Shown piece by piece: positions 1-16,720 of a stretch of DNA of 64,000 nucleotides. Every line of letters starts with the position of its first letter. The stretch's first letter is position 1. The stretch is from Octopus vulgaris. Its lineage: Eukaryota. Location: NCBI GenBank assembly GCA_951406725.2, contig OX597817.1, positions 175,336,001 to 175,400,000 of the forward strand, read 5' to 3'. The position numbers and the translations under genes were made by a program. Below the pieces are notes generated by a model. That model did not search any database. It was not told the DNA's origin and was given only the letters and a program-made list of their open reading frames with translations.

Positions 1-189
1 GCTGGAGGTGGCGAGAATTTAACTCCACGCTACCGATCTCCCCGCTAGGACATAAACAAGTGTGCATTTTTTTACCAAAAAACCGATATGAGAGTTTCTC
101 TCATGGTTGCTACCGCAGTAAAGTTTGTTCTTATAGAACATTCACGTTTAATAATATAGTAATAAATATTACTATATTATTATTACTTA

Positions 190-860
190 GATTACCTAGA
201 TAAGTTCCGGCTAAAGTTGGCCCAGACCATGTCTAATTTAACAGCACCACCTAGATGAGATACACAGTCAGATCTTGGGCCCACCACAGCCCATTCGAGC
301 AGAGAGTTGTTGTTTTCAGAGATATATCCGGGTGTGGGTGATTTGTCTGGCATTTGTTGGAGGTATTCAACTTGGGACCGTTTGAATGCCGTGAAAACAC
401 TTTCCTCCTTTATGTGGGCTGGCACGATGTTGAAGGGAATAAAGTCAGTTGAGGTGAAATTGTACTGTTGTAGTGTTGTGATACGACACGAATATGATTT
501 CTGTAGTGGACGGATGGCACGGGAGCCAAGTCACGGATGAATTTTTACGATGATACCTATACCATTTGGGCAACGTTGATGGAGTATTTTTCACATCATA
601 CAGATGCTATAGCGCTCACAGCGGCGTTGGAGGGAATACAGCCGGAGCTATTTGAGTCGATCCCAATAGTCAAAGTTTGTCATGCCATCTATTTTTTTTT
701 TTTGCGATTGTTCTCTGGGGAGCTTCAATTTAGATGATATAGAGCTCACGGAGGTGTTGGAGGGAATAAAGCCTGTGTTATTTGAGTCGATGCCAATAGT
801 CAAGGCTTGTCATGTGTGATTGATGTCTGTGGAGCTTCAATTCTCACAATATTCTGTATC
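190..860 (-). mobile_element. CR1-like LINE 3' remnant with a ~130-bp tandem duplication
   Basis: DYWDRLK.LRLYSLQRR.ERY-like and FN.VPAHIKEE..FKRS..YLQQ.PDK.PTPGY..NNNSLLEWA motifs; 604-730 repeated at about 734-845. Confidence 0.65.
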
Positions 861-1114
861 GTGTGTGTGTGGTAGTGGTAGTGGTGGTGGTAGGACGCAC
901 AGCGAACAACAGTATTCAAGGCGAGGGCGAGCAAAAGTAGAGAAAAGATGTAATATATATATCTATATATATATATATATATATATATCTATATATATAT
1001 ATATATATATATTTTGCTGTATGTATGAATGTATGTATGTATGTATGTACGTATGTATATGTGTGTCTGTCGATACATGATTATATAAAATAAATCTGAC
1101 AGTCCGTCGGTTGC

Positions 1115-1209
1115 AACATTTACCATCTAACTCCTAGACCAATGGTTTCAGACTTTTATTTGCTAAAAAAGTCTGAAACCATTGGTCCAGGAGTTAGATG
1201 GTAAATGTT
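1115..1209. repeat. Near-perfect hairpin with 43-bp arms
   Basis: AACATTTACCATCTAACTCCTAGACCAATGGTTTCAGACTTTT / AAAAGTCTGAAACCATTGGTCCAGGAGTTAGATGGTAAATGTT, one mismatch. Confidence 0.9.
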
Positions 1210-1308
1210 TATATTTTTTATTCCCTTCGAAACTTTATCCCTAATAGTGGTTTGGAATTTAACTGTCCTTTCTATGATGGATATCTCCTGTGTGTTTAAA
1301 TGTACACA

Positions 1309-1374
<66 letters not shown>

Positions 1375-1750
1375 GTAAATTACAGAAAAACAAAAGACGA
1401 AGACAGGTGTATAAACAACAAGCAGGTGTATTATTTTGACGCTCGGGAAAGTGAGAAAGTCTTTTATGTTTCGAGCCTACGCTCTTCAACAGAAAGGAAC
1501 ACGAGGAAATAAACTGAGACAAAATATTAAAAACCTGTGGATTTAGTGATCGATCATGGTGACTGGTTTGCTATATAATAGGTTAGAGGTAATCGGCTCA
1601 CTGTCGTAAGGCCATGAGTTCGATTCCCAGGCGGCGCGTTGTGTTCTTGAGCAAAACAATTTATTTCACATTACTCCAGTACACTCAGCTGTCAAAAATG
1701 AGTTGTACCTGTGTCACCGCGCTGAATCTCCCTCAGAAATACGTTGAGGG

Positions 1751-1871
<121 letters not shown>

Positions 1872-2041
1872 AACATACACACACACACACATATATAATT
1901 TAGAAACTTTAAGACAACAAAATAATTCTTTTCCGGAACATACATATTGTTGCATATCTAGACATGTCTAGATATGCAACAATATGTATGACAATGCATA
2001 TATAAAGCAAAACATAAAGATCTGCACAGCTACGTACACAC

Positions 2042-2072
<31 letters not shown>

Positions 2073-2499
2073 CATACATACATACATACATACATACATA
2101 CATACATACATACATACACACATACATACATACATACATACATACATACATACCCTGTTGATACTGAAATTGCAATGAAGGATCCTTGGATCTAGATTAG
2201 ATCCTTGGATCGAGAAACCGGCTTTTTCTCTATTGGTAAGAAATTTTGAAATAAAACTAATTACTGCCATACACACACACACACACGCAAACACATATTT
2301 ACGTGTGTGTGTGTGTGTGTGCGTGCATGCGTGTGTGTGTGCGTGTGCGCGCACGTGTATGTATGATCCTAACATACATATTCATTCATATTTCATATAC
2401 TGAGTCCTCCTGTCTTGGACTTAAATGCTTTTCTTGACGTTCTGTAAGTGTTTCTATTACCCACTCTGTCCTTAATACTTTTTCTTTCCCTTTCAATTC

Positions 2500-2598
<99 letters not shown>

Positions 2599-2599
2599 G

Positions 2600-2646
<47 letters not shown>

Positions 2647-2647
2647 G

Positions 2648-2722
<75 letters not shown>
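2500..2722. repeat. (TCTA)n microsatellite
   Basis: Directly visible. Confidence 0.97.
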
Positions 2723-3399
2723 GATGTAGAATTTGTTACACGAGTAGAATTAAAATGAATGAAATTTTGAAATTTCCCATGATATTTTGGTAAAAATTTA
2801 TTTTCATTTATCGAACTTGTTTCACAATTTTATGAATTGAAAATGTTGTGTGAGATAGAAGGGACCGAAGCTATATTTGTCTCATTTAGTAATCATTTTA
2901 AATTTCTTTTAGTTACTGTTCGCTTTGACCCTGAGCATCTAAGAGAGAAAGAAAGAAAGAGAGAGAGGGACGGGAGAGAGAGAAGCTCCAACTGCAGTAC
3001 TTGACTAGTATTTGGTTTATCGATCCCCTAAATGATAAGGATGAAAATCAATGCTGAATTTGATGTGATTTGAACTTAGCAAATATAGTTAGTTTACAAT
3101 TTCAGATAAGTTAAGTATAAATATATAAATAATTAATATAAAATAACATGTTTCTGAATAAAACTTCTGGTCGAAAACAAAATGACATTGCTTTTATGGA
3201 AAACGATTTTGATGTGAAATTGTTTTACGGAAACATGATTTCATAAATTCGATTCTATGAATGGCGTAATCATAAGAGGAAGAGCAGTGCCCGTAAACTC
3301 ATTTACAAGATGTTTGAGACTGTTTGAATTTACGAACGAACGAAACCATGACTCGAGGTTGTTGCAGTGAAGAAAGGGGAACGTGAGTGATAATCAGAC

Positions 3400-3975
3400 A
3401 TAGATCTGGTTCAAATATTTGCAACAGAGTAGATTCTGATAACAACACTCAAGGATGAGATGATAGTGCTAAAACAGGTGAATTCAGAATTCCTCCAAGA
3501 CTGGAGCCAAGAGCCATACACCCCCTACATAATTCAGTAGGACAATTTATTTTCCTCAACAGGCTCTGCTCTATTTAACATTATCCCAAAACAAATCAAA
3601 GAAGGAAAAGATTCCATCATCTTCAAACGAAACCTGGACAATTTTCTTCAAGGCATACCAGGTAAACCACCTATACCCAAGTATAGGTCAATCCATCTCT
3701 TGTGTGCCTATACAGTATTTATTTCGCTACCCGATATCATCATCATCATCATCATCATCATCATCGTTTAACGTCCGTTTTCCGCGCTAGCACGGGTTGG
3801 ACGGTTCGACCGGGGTCTGGGAAGCCGGGGGCTGCACCAGGCTCCAGTCTGATCTGGCAGAGTTTCTACAGCTGGATGCCCTTCCTAATGCCAACCTCTT
3901 AAAAAATTGACTCGATTCGAGGCTATAGTAGAAGACCCGAGATCAACAGCAACACCTTACTCGAATGAGCAATGA
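3400..3975 (+). mobile_element. CR1-like LINE 3' remnant interrupted at about 3700-3940
   Basis: FSSTGSALFNIIPKQIKEGKDSIIFKRNLDNFLQGIPGKPPIPKY ... NSNTLLE. Confidence 0.65.
3737..3897 (-). mobile_element. RTE-related non-autonomous retroposon 3' fragment with (GAT)n tail
   Basis: (CAT)n followed by CGTTTAACGTCCG and GCTGGATGCCCTTCCTAATGCCAACC. Confidence 0.5.
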
Positions 3976-5389
3976 TACGATAAAGCCTGTATCTCGCTGT
4001 ATCACAGTCAACTCTGACAGCATGGCATGGTATAAACTACACTTATTACTAAGTCAACTAAAACGATTACACGTGGTTGTCCGACCTGCTGGAAATGATA
4101 GCTAAATCTCTCTCAAATCACAAAATAATGTCATAAGGAGGGAAGGGAAGATTCGATTATATATTCTCAGATATGATAGACAGTGCCTTAAAAAGACAGC
4201 ACAGTCATTGTTAGAGCGTCTTTGATCAAAAGCTTCTTAACTGGAGAGTACCTGGAGCTAAACACCAACGACAACAACAATATTAGTTTCTAGCATTTTT
4301 TGAGGTCGATAAAAAATAAACAGTAGTCAAATAATTAACTGTTTCTTGTACCATTCCAAATTTAAGTCTTTTGCACGAGTTGGAAAATATTATGATAGTA
4401 TTATTTTTCTATAAAAATATTTATTGTACTGTTTCATTCAATGAAACAAGATATATTTTAGTGTAAAAATAACCACTCCTTAGGATATCAGAATCTAAAA
4501 AAAAAATTTTTGCTTTAGTGTGAGGGCCATTTTTTAATGAAGGGTATCGGTCGAACAAAAATTAGTCCTGCACGTGCACGCACACATGCATGCATAAATG
4601 CACGCCAATGAACAAATAAACAAACACACACACACACATACACATACACACACACACACTTCTAAAGTAACCAACGTTATTTTTGTAACGGGTGGGAGTG
4701 GAATGGTAACAAGAAAGTAAAATATCTATAATAATATCTACAATCATATTCAGCTTATCACGATATGTTTTCAAATGTTACGCTTTCAATTAATCTGTGA
4801 AATAAATTGAAGATATAGCTAAACTGTTAATATACCAAGATAATTTGAGCGTTAAGCTTTCAACAAACTTTACAATAAAACGACATCAAAGACATGATCG
4901 AGGTTATCAACATAATGAGGTACTGTTATGAAAATAATTTACATATCTAGATAGAAATAACATTTAGAAAACAACGAATTTCAATAGATCTTTCTAGCTG
5001 TTTTCATTTTATACAACTTGGAAAGTTTAGTTGAGTTTTTGTTCATGGTACAAGCGTTTTTACATTTTTGCAAGTGTTGCGTTATAGAAATGCTTTTGTG
5101 CAAGAATCGGTGCCAAAATGTCTGTTTGAGGTTAGGTCTGCTAATTCCATGTATAAGAGTGTAATATTACTCATTTTTTCCTTCCCTCAAAAATAGATGG
5201 GATAATTTGGACATGAAAAATATATTCTTTGATAATGATTGAAAATTCGTGTACATATCAGCTGTGTGGTTAAGAAGGTCGATTTGCAACCGCATGTTCT
5301 ACGGTTGAGACCCATTGTCCGGCACTTTGGCACGTGTCTTTCATTATAGTCCCGAGTCGACTCGGGTAAATTTTGTAGACGGAAACCGG

Positions 5390-5468
<79 letters not shown>

Positions 5469-6166
5469 TGTGAGTGTGTGTGTTTGTCACTTCCACTGTT
5501 TGACAACCAATGATGGTTTGTTTACGTCCCCGCAATATAGCGGTTCGGCAAAAGAGACCGATAAGATAAGTACCAGAAATTAAAAAATAAATATTGGGGT
5601 CGATTTTTGCGACCAAACCCTTTAAGGTGGTGCCCATTATGGCCACATTCCAATGACTGTAACAAGTGAAATATAAAGTTAGACATCACTATTTTCCTGA
5701 TATCACTTACAAAGACTTGGCTGATTTTAATTTCTTGTAATTAGGAGAAATTACAAAGTTCTCCTATGGTAGACTTACTGTTTATTGAATTGGCTCCAGT
5801 GCTTATTTAGGGGAAGTGGGTACGTCGATTCCATCGATTTCAGTGTTTAAAGGGTACATATTCTATCGACCCCGAAAGGATGAAGAGCAAAGTTGACCTC
5901 GTCTGAATTTGAACTTATGCAGAAGAAATACCTGTTTCTTTACTACCCACAAGGGGCTAAACACAGAGAGGACAAACAAGGACAGACAGACGGATTAAGT
6001 CGATTATATCGACCCCAGTGCGTAACTGGTACTTAATTTATCGACCCCGAAAGGATGAAAGGCACAGTCGACCTCGGCGGAATTTGAACTCAGAACGTAA
6101 CGGCAGAAGAAATACTGCTAAGCATTTTGTCCGGCTTGCTAACGATTCAGTCAGCTCGGCGTCTTG

Positions 6167-6297
<131 letters not shown>

Positions 6298-6585
6298 CAT
6301 TTTTCGCATTGAAAGAATGGTACGAGTAAGTAACGGACGAGTAAATCGATTACAATATATAACAAGAAATGTGAAGTTCTGAAAGGAAGAATTTCAAAAT
6401 AGGTTCCGATACGTTTTGAATTCAGAACACATAGAAATTAAATGGTCTAAGGTATTAGATTTGGGACTCTACCAATTTGCTATTTCAGTGACAATAACAA
6501 TGTTTAGTGTTTTAAAGAAGTCATCTTTAATACCAATTAGCTTCTAAATATTTTAAAATTTACAATATATATATGTGTGTGTATG

Positions 6586-6649
<64 letters not shown>

Positions 6650-6695
6650 TATGTATGTATATACATATATATATATGTATATATATGTATGTATA

Positions 6696-6772
<77 letters not shown>

Positions 6773-6775
<3 letters not shown>

Positions 6776-6935
6776 CGCAGGAGTGGCTGTGTGGTAAGTA
6801 GCTTGCTAACCAATCACATTGTTCCGGGTTCAGTCCCACTGCGTGGCATCTTGGGCAAGTGTCTTCTGCTATAACCTCGGGCCGACCAATGCCTTGTGAG
6901 TGGATTTGGTAGACGGAAACTGAAAGAAGCCTGTC

Positions 6936-6991
<56 letters not shown>

Positions 6992-7195
6992 ATGTGTTTG
7001 TGTGTCTGTGTTTGTCCCCCTAGCATTGCTTGACAACCTATGCTGGTGTTTACGTCCCCGTCACTTAGCGATAAAATAAGTACTGGGCTTACAAAGAATA
7101 AGACCCGGGGTCGATTTGCTCGACTAAAGGCGGTGCTCCAGCATGACCGCAGTCAAATGACTAAAACAAGTAAAAGAGTAAAAGAGTAAAGAGTA
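6773..7195 (+). mobile_element. tRNA-derived SINE family A (GGCGCAGGAGTGGCTGTGTGGTAAG head). Other copies: ~5260-5670(+), 12620-12780(-), 25060-25220(-), 28130-28515(-), 32290-32440(-), 39080-39460(-), 42432-42695(+), 63275-63663(-)
   Basis: A-box TGGCTGTGTGG, B-box-like GGGTTCAGTCCC, TGGCATCTTGGGCAAGTG core, internal microsatellite, (AAGAGTA)n tail; many copies in window. Confidence 0.85.
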
Positions 7196-7197
7196 AA

Positions 7198-7250
<53 letters not shown>

Positions 7251-7768
7251 AAGGATATAAATTCTCTTAAAGGGATGTCAGCATCCAAGTTTCCTGGTTA
7301 TATCCAGTGTATCCGTGAAAACCAAAGATGTTAGCTTCGCATTGATAGATCAGGGTATATTATTATTTATTAATTATTATTTTTACTATGCTCTAATAAA
7401 TTGGTGTCTATATGACAGTTTCTTCGTTTTCCTTTTCTCATGCATACATACATACATACATACATTTTTGTTTGTTCCTTCTCAAGCCATCACTGGCTCA
7501 TAATGGGCCGGTTTTCCGGTTTCATTGGCGTATAGGTTCCCCACCTGAATGGGACGCCGGTCCATTGCAGGTGAGTTGCTAGATGCAATAGGAAAGAGTG
7601 AAAGAAAGTTGTGGCGAAAGAGTCAGCAGAAGTTCACCATTACCTTCCGCGTGGAGCTTAAGTGTTTTGCTCATAAACACACACATCGCCCTGTCAGAGA
7701 TTCGAACCTGCGATCCCTCGACCGCTGCTCTAACCACTAGGCCATGTGCCTCCACATACATACATACA

Positions 7769-7800
<32 letters not shown>

Positions 7801-9248
7801 CATACATACATACATACATATATGTGTGTGTGTGTGTCTACGAAAGAGAGAGAGGAAAGGGTAAGAGAGAAAGAAAGGTGGGGTAGAGAGATACAATGTG
7901 TGAAGGTTTGAATGCACTAACACCGAAATGCAGAAAAGTTGGAGGTATTAGTTAATAGAAAATGTAGAAAATAGGAACGTGACATACCTCACTAGATATG
8001 TGTTAAACCGCTCTTTGTAATCCGATAACTCTAAGTGTTTACGAACCGATAATTCACATGGGATCCCCAGAAATATTTACGTCATTTTTCTCGCAGAACA
8101 TTAAATTTCACAAGGTATTTGATTTCTCCCAATGTTTAGGACAGGTAGAATATAAATTTACTTTTAGAAATTCATATAAACAGTACATGATACACGAGGA
8201 AGGGTTAACAAGAATAGAAAGGAATGAATAAGTAATCAGTTTCATGAACTTACCAAATGCAAGTAGAGAAGAGCAAAAAGAGTAACTGTAAGTTTCATTG
8301 TTGAAATTGGTAGTGAGGAGGACCAGAACTCGATGTCTATTAAGTACGATGTCTCCGGTGTATTGCAATGTTTATTTTGGAATCATTACCTGTTTATATA
8401 GAGATGGTTCACCACTAGATGTCGCTTCTCTCGTTACAAGGTTGCATCCTTGTAACTGAAGAGAATATTTCCGGTTTTCACTGTTAGGATGAAGAGGAAG
8501 TTGTTTCGTGTGCCCTGCTTGAAACTGTCGAAGTTCGACAAAAGATTACTCCCCTTGCTATATCTTATATTGGCGCTGAAGTATTTCAGTTTAATACTGA
8601 ATTATCATATATTAAGTTTCGTTCAATTTTTTTTTGTTTATATTGATATCAATTCATCCATGTACATGACGTCACTTGAAAATATCATACAAATTCTTTG
8701 ATGGGAAAGCCGTATTTCCTTTCTTTCTTTCCTTTTCTTTTTGCTGTGACCAAAATATTCTTAATTTGGATAAAGATTTTCCTTACACATATACTTGCTC
8801 TTACTACATCTGGTAAATTTGGTGGTTAGTCTTCAAGTAACAGTTGCACAAATGTACCGAAAATTCCTAAAAATAATATCAAATACAAAAACGATGGCGT
8901 TTTTTGTTCTTTTATTTTTTTTAAGTAAACAAAACTGAAAAATAACCAAGCAAAAAAAAGAAAAGTAATATATGAAATTATAGAAAACGACAATGTCTGC
9001 CGAAATATACGTGGGTGTTCGTGCGTGAAAGGAGTGTATAATCACAGTATGTGGGTGTTCGCGCGTGAGAGGAGTGTACATATGAAGGTGCTGAGTTTGT
9101 AGCAATATTTCTATTCTTCTCTCTCCTCCCAACCCCCCCTTTGCGACTGTACGTAATATATATGTATATATGTATATGTATATATATATATGCATATGTA
9201 TATGTATATATATATCATATTTAAGTAAATAATTACACACATATATTG

Positions 9249-9283
<35 letters not shown>

Positions 9284-9372
9284 CACGTGCAATATATATA
9301 TGATATATATATATACACACACACACACACACGTATATATACGTATATACATACACACATACATATATACAT

Positions 9373-9411
<39 letters not shown>

Positions 9412-10168
9412 AATACACGCAAAACACTCACACTCTCTCTCATACACGCAAATAGGGAGATAGAGAGGGAAGAAGAAGGAAAATGATGCGTGCTTCTCCT
9501 CGCTGAAAGTAATATAAGACTATATGTTTACATAGAATTTTGAAGAACAATATCACGGAGGAAATCAACAAATCCAGGAAACCGTTTAGTAAAAAGAATT
9601 AAGCAGGGAAACCCTGAAACTATCAGTGTTTTAACTATAATGGAGCCATTTCTAATCGTTTAAGATCAGATTAATTTTGAAATACAAACGTGGTAATAGA
9701 AATGAAATTTCTATGAATTCCAAAATTTAGTTATATAAAGTGTTATTTTATCCTGTTTCAAAATGCTTTCTCTTTTAAGTAAGCCAAGATTGTTAAAATC
9801 GAAATAAAAAAAAAGGCAACATCTTAGTAACTGATGATAAACTACTTATTTTCATTGTCATTTTTTCTGATTAAAAATTGGTGTGTGGTCAAAACTTAAC
9901 CATAGGCTCCAGGTTCAATCACATTGTCATGGTATGGCTTCGGGGCTCACTTCAATGAAGTCGCATTCAATAACAAACATCATTTCTATTATATTACACA
10001 TCGCAGGAGGAAAAAAAATTTAAATTTTAAAATATCAATGACTCATATATTTATTTATTTATTTCTATTTCTCTGCAACTTTGTCTTGAAATGTTCCTTT
10101 CCACTGGAAAATTGTAGGGGGCCTCGTATGAAATTACATCTCAGATTTTCTCTCTCTCTCTTTCGCTC

Positions 10169-10213
<45 letters not shown>

Positions 10214-10256
10214 ATAAGTTATCATTATTATTCATACTTTTATTATTATTACCAAC

Positions 10257-10295
<39 letters not shown>

Positions 10296-10903
10296 GTATA
10301 CATATATATATATATGCACATATACATATGTATATATATATGAATGTATATGTATGTGTATATATATATATGTATATGTGTGTATAAATGTATGTGTATA
10401 TCTGCATATGTATGCGCTTATATATATGAATATATATGTATATGTGGATATGTATGTGTGTATGTGTGTATGTATGTACGTATATATATACGTATGTGTG
10501 TGCGTGTGTCAATATATGTGTGTAATTATTTACTTAAATATAATGTACATGCACACACATACACATACATACACACAACAGACACACATAACTCACACAC
10601 ACACACACACACAACAGACACGTATAACACACACACACACACACACACCACGCATATATCAGACCATGACAGATAAATTTTCTTTGCAATTTTTACACAA
10701 GTTTCAAGGAATATCAAGTTACGTATCTGTTTCCTATTTTACTTCGTAGTCCTGCCTACTTTCAGGAATAACAGAATCTTCACATGGGACTGCATTACAT
10801 GTGTTATACGTCACAAAATTTGTCTGACATTTCCAGGCTTACGTATTCGTACCTACATTTCAGCAATGAGCAGCGTCGTAGATGTTTATGAAACTAACCA
10901 CTC

Positions 10904-12887
<1,984 letters not shown>

Positions 12888-12888
<1 letters not shown>

Positions 12889-13190
12889 CCGAAAGAATGA
12901 AAGGCAAAGTCGACCTCGGTGGAATTTGAACTCAGAACGTAGCGGCAGATAAAATACCTATTTCTTTACTACCCACAAGGGGCTAAAACAGAGAGGACAA
13001 ACAAGGACAGACAGACGGATTAAGTCGATTACATCGACCCCAGTGAGTAACTGGTACTTAATTTATCGACCCCGAAAGGATGAAAGGCAAAGACGACTTC
13101 GGCGGAATTTGAACTCAGAACGTAACAGCAGACGAAATACTGCTAAGCATTTCGCCCGGAGTGCTAACGTTTCTGCCAGCTCGCCGCCTT
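12888..13190 (-). mobile_element. tRNA-derived SINE family B (AAGGCGGCGAGCTGGCAGAA head). Other copies: ~5810-6165(-), 15376-15535(+), 34009-34500(+, two), 42188-42350(+), 43525-43910(-), 43995-44400(+), 54660-54810(+), 55590-56035(-), 58910-59530(+)
   Basis: Recurrent GAGTTCAAATTCCGCCGAGGTCGACTTTGCCTTTCATCCTTTCGGGGTCGATAAATTAAGTACCAG body with B-box GAGTTCAAATTC. Confidence 0.85.
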
Positions 13191-14129
13191 GGTTTCAAAT
13201 TTTAGCACAAAGTCAACAATTTTAGGAGGAAGAATTAGTTGAAACTTATTAAAACGCACAAATAATTACAGAGAAATAAATTGAAAAAATATACTATAAA
13301 ACACAATAGTTAAAACAAAATATGAAATATCTAGTATATAAAATTTAAACGACAACTTGCGTTGATCAAGGTATCTCACATTCCAGATTAGGCATCCACA
13401 TGAAATCCTTTCTGTATTATTCTTAGCTGGAAATCTCAGGATTTTCTACACGACGCGCTTTTGGGTCACAGTTGACAAGTGAAAGCTTTCGTCCTCTGAA
13501 TTGTTGACATGTAACACTTCGTAACTTCTATTTGAAACTTGTTTCCTTTCCGATCTGTGTATAGCATATAAGTATTTTATTAGACATTTTGCTAGTCTTG
13601 CAAAAGGGGCTGTAAATTTCATTTTGTTCAGGATGTGAGGAGGCTGTTTCCCTTTCACATGATATGGGCACTCCTTAATAGGGTACGAGTTGTTATCACA
13701 AGAAGTGTACCACTCCTCGTGATATTAATTGCTTATAATTTCTTTTTTGCTTTTATTTTTCGTTGAGGCTATATATTATTTTTTAAAGATGTCTGTTTAT
13801 CCCATTCTACCTATGTCTGGCTTCCAACATCAAAATGGATTGGGTGGAACAGTCATGTGGTGGTGTTTTCTGGTCATTTAGTTCTAAATGTTGTTGCTGC
13901 TGCTGTTGCTGAAGTTCATTCTCCTTGTCTTTGCCTGTTGTAGCTAGTGAAGTGGGTGGGTGGTTAGAGCCCTATGGATCGCTTGTGGTAATAAGGGTGA
14001 AACAATTTAATTTGGTGACGAATTATATAAGTATTTGAGAAAGAAAAACACAAGGATACCACCACGACATCTTTGATGATGTCGCCCCCTGCAAATGGTC
14101 TTCTTTATAACACAATATAGGTTACGCCA

Positions 14130-15260
14130 CCTGCAACAATTTCTGGGCGGTGAGCGTGTTTGGGCTCCGTTTGTGAGGTTCGCCTTTCTGCAGCTCGTCT
14201 CCTTGACCGAGCTGCAGTCCTGGGTGAAGAAAAGACCGAAACTAGGCGCCTACCACCTAGAATCTTGTCAGATGTTCAAAACCCTCTACCAGCGGGGCAA
14301 TGGGATCAGTAGATGTTCCACTTTAGAAATTTATAGAGGATTAGTGGGAAGTGCGAATACGTTATTGTTGGGACTCTGGGCGCCGACAAGAACGAAGTGG
14401 CTAGTCTGTAACGGAGGTCTTTCTTGTCAGGATCTATCATGGATAATTTCCTGACGTTCTTGGCCTGGCAGTGCTACCCGGTGGGGGGAAGGCGCTATCG
14501 GTTCGAGATAAACTCTACAGGCACGGATGTGCTATCAGACGGACTTGTCCGATGTGCGCGCGGAGTGACGAAACCGTTCTGCAATCCCTCGTTCGGTATC
14601 CGGGTATTGCTGACTTGTAGGGTTATTTTGAACAGCTGCAGTCGCGTGTGGGACGGATCCGTCTGTCGGACGAGTCAGTAGTGATGATCGCATCGCCACC
14701 CTCCTTCAATCGGGCGGGTAAGGCAGTTTTCCTTTGCCTGGTTGCAGTGGCGAAAGGGGTTCCTTGGTGGACAAGGCTGTAAGCATGAGGACATATATAT
14801 TCCTATTTGGTAGAGCTCTCATTGACGTCTTCAGGTTTCACTTGGAAAGGAAATTGAGAGTGGGGAGGGAAGTGCTGACCTTGAGTGAGCTTACTGAAAG
14901 GTGGGCGAAAGTTGCGAAAATAGCAAGAGTGGATGGTACCTCTCTAAGTGTAGACCTATGAGTCGGAGAGAAGGAACTGGAGAGGGCATTTGCTCCTCGG
15001 GTCAGTGAAATCTCGGACAGTGGGTTTCCTCGATTATCCTAGAGATTTTCCCGTATCAGGAGGGTCACATCTCAATCATTCTCCCGTCATTTTTTAAATC
15101 TTTGTATGCTATGCATATGTCTCTTCTTTTTCAGTGTATACAGAGTATAGATACTCTTTTTCTTTTATCATTTCATTATCATATGTAAACCCCAACACTT
15201 TATGTCATCTCTGTATTGTCCCCTTCATCCTTCGCCCTTCAGGCAAATAAATGAAATTAT
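14130..15260 (+). mobile_element. L1/Tx1-like LINE 3' remnant (post-RT Cys-rich region and 3' UTR)
   Basis: LSVRDKLYRHG...CPMCARSDETV-like zinc-finger remnant; GC-richer than flanks; ends AAATAAATGAAA. Confidence 0.55.
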
Positions 15261-15268
15261 TATTATTA

Positions 15269-15302
<34 letters not shown>

Positions 15303-15303
15303 G

Positions 15304-15364
<61 letters not shown>

Positions 15365-15627
15365 TCATTATTGTTAAGGCGGGGACCTAGCACAGTCATT
15401 TGCACGCTGGGCGAAATGCTTAGCGGTGCTTAGCCTGTCGCTACGTTCTGAATTCAAATTCCGCCGAGATCGACTTTGCCGTTCATCCTTTTGGGTCGAT
15501 AAAATAAATACCAGTTGAACATTGGGGTCGATTAAAGATCGCAGAAGATTTTGTTAGTCTCCGACTGTGCCACTCTCTACGGTTTGTGCTCATACCACAT
15601 CTTGCCTCTCTCTAGACCCCTATTATT

Positions 15628-15830
15628 ATTACCTCCGCCTTCGCTAAGGTGGAGGTATTGTTTTCAGTCGTGTTTGCTTGTTTGTTTGTCCGTGGACAAG
15701 ATAACTCAAAAACCGCCAAATGGATTCGAATGAAACTTTCAGGAATGTTTGGCCCCGTGACTGTCACGAACTGATTAGATTTTGGGATCGATCCGGTACC
15801 GGACAAGGATTCTGGATTATTTGTTATATT
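15628..15830 (+). mobile_element. Helentron/DINE-1-like non-autonomous element, partial
   Basis: TTACCTCCGCC...GGTGGAGGT hairpin followed by (GTTT)n and a GGATT..ATGAAACTT core. Confidence 0.45.
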
Positions 15831-16214
15831 TACGTTACATAAAGTATTACGATCTTACGTTCACTTTTAAGTCTTTCTGTGATTATCTCCCTTGAAAGCA
15901 CGCTCATGGTTTCCACGTAAGTTATGGCGATGTTACTGTTTCCAAAGTTTAATTTTCGTTTCTCTATTATTAATTTTACTTGCGTCTCTATCTTAATAGA
16001 AACTGTCGGAAAAAGAAATCAAACTACATAAACAAACGGTAGCAAAACCGTTCAGAAATTAAATAACACTAACATATTCAGTAACAATAATATATTCAAT
16101 CTATTCTCGACAATTTTTAGTTTTACCAATCTTGAATATATCGCTCCTGTTTAAAACCTCTTACCTACTTGACAATTGCATTTCTAGCTCTGCCTGGAAG
16201 GAAGCTTTACTTCT

Positions 16215-16430
16215 TGGACTCACGTTTTTGTGCGCAACGATGTTGTTAAACCTCCCTTAACAGCACCGTATCCAAGTCTTATCCGTTTTCTTTCATGCAC
16301 GGATAAATTTTTCACTATAGACCTTAATGGTGGTAAAGACACTATTTCAGTGGACGGACTAAAAAAGGCCTTCATAGAGAAAATTGTCTCTGTTCCCACT
16401 GCAGACGACACACACACAGCATTATAAACA
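16215..16430 (+). mobile_element. Gypsy (CsRn1-like) integrase C-terminal remnant
   Basis: HVFVRNDVVKPPLTAPY...DKFFTIDLNGGKDTISVDGLKKA matches the VFVR.D..R.PL.PPY.GP...DTVSIDRLKPA pattern. Confidence 0.65.
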
Positions 16431-16658
16431 TGGCCCTCACACCCACCTTCACATTTCATGACTACCCCCTTCTCCCCTCCTCCTCCATCCTTCCCTCCCC
16501 TCCCCTCCTTTTCCCCTCCGCCTCCCACTCCTCCCCCAACTCCTCCTCATCTCCCCTTCTCTCATCTTCCCCTCCCCTCCTCTCCCCCTCCTCGCTCCTC
16601 CTCCTCGTTGTTGTTGTTGTTATTATTATTATTATTATTGTTATTATTATCATTATTA

Positions 16659-16695
<37 letters not shown>

Positions 16696-16720
16696 CATTA
16701 TTATTATTATTATTATTACT

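Noticed and set aside
1462-1500. Further hammerhead-like traces (1462-1500 -, 20545-20600 +, 20981-21011 -, 62220-62265 -)
   Set aside because: Core or stem I incomplete; probably decayed PLE ends, but not supportable as ribozymes.
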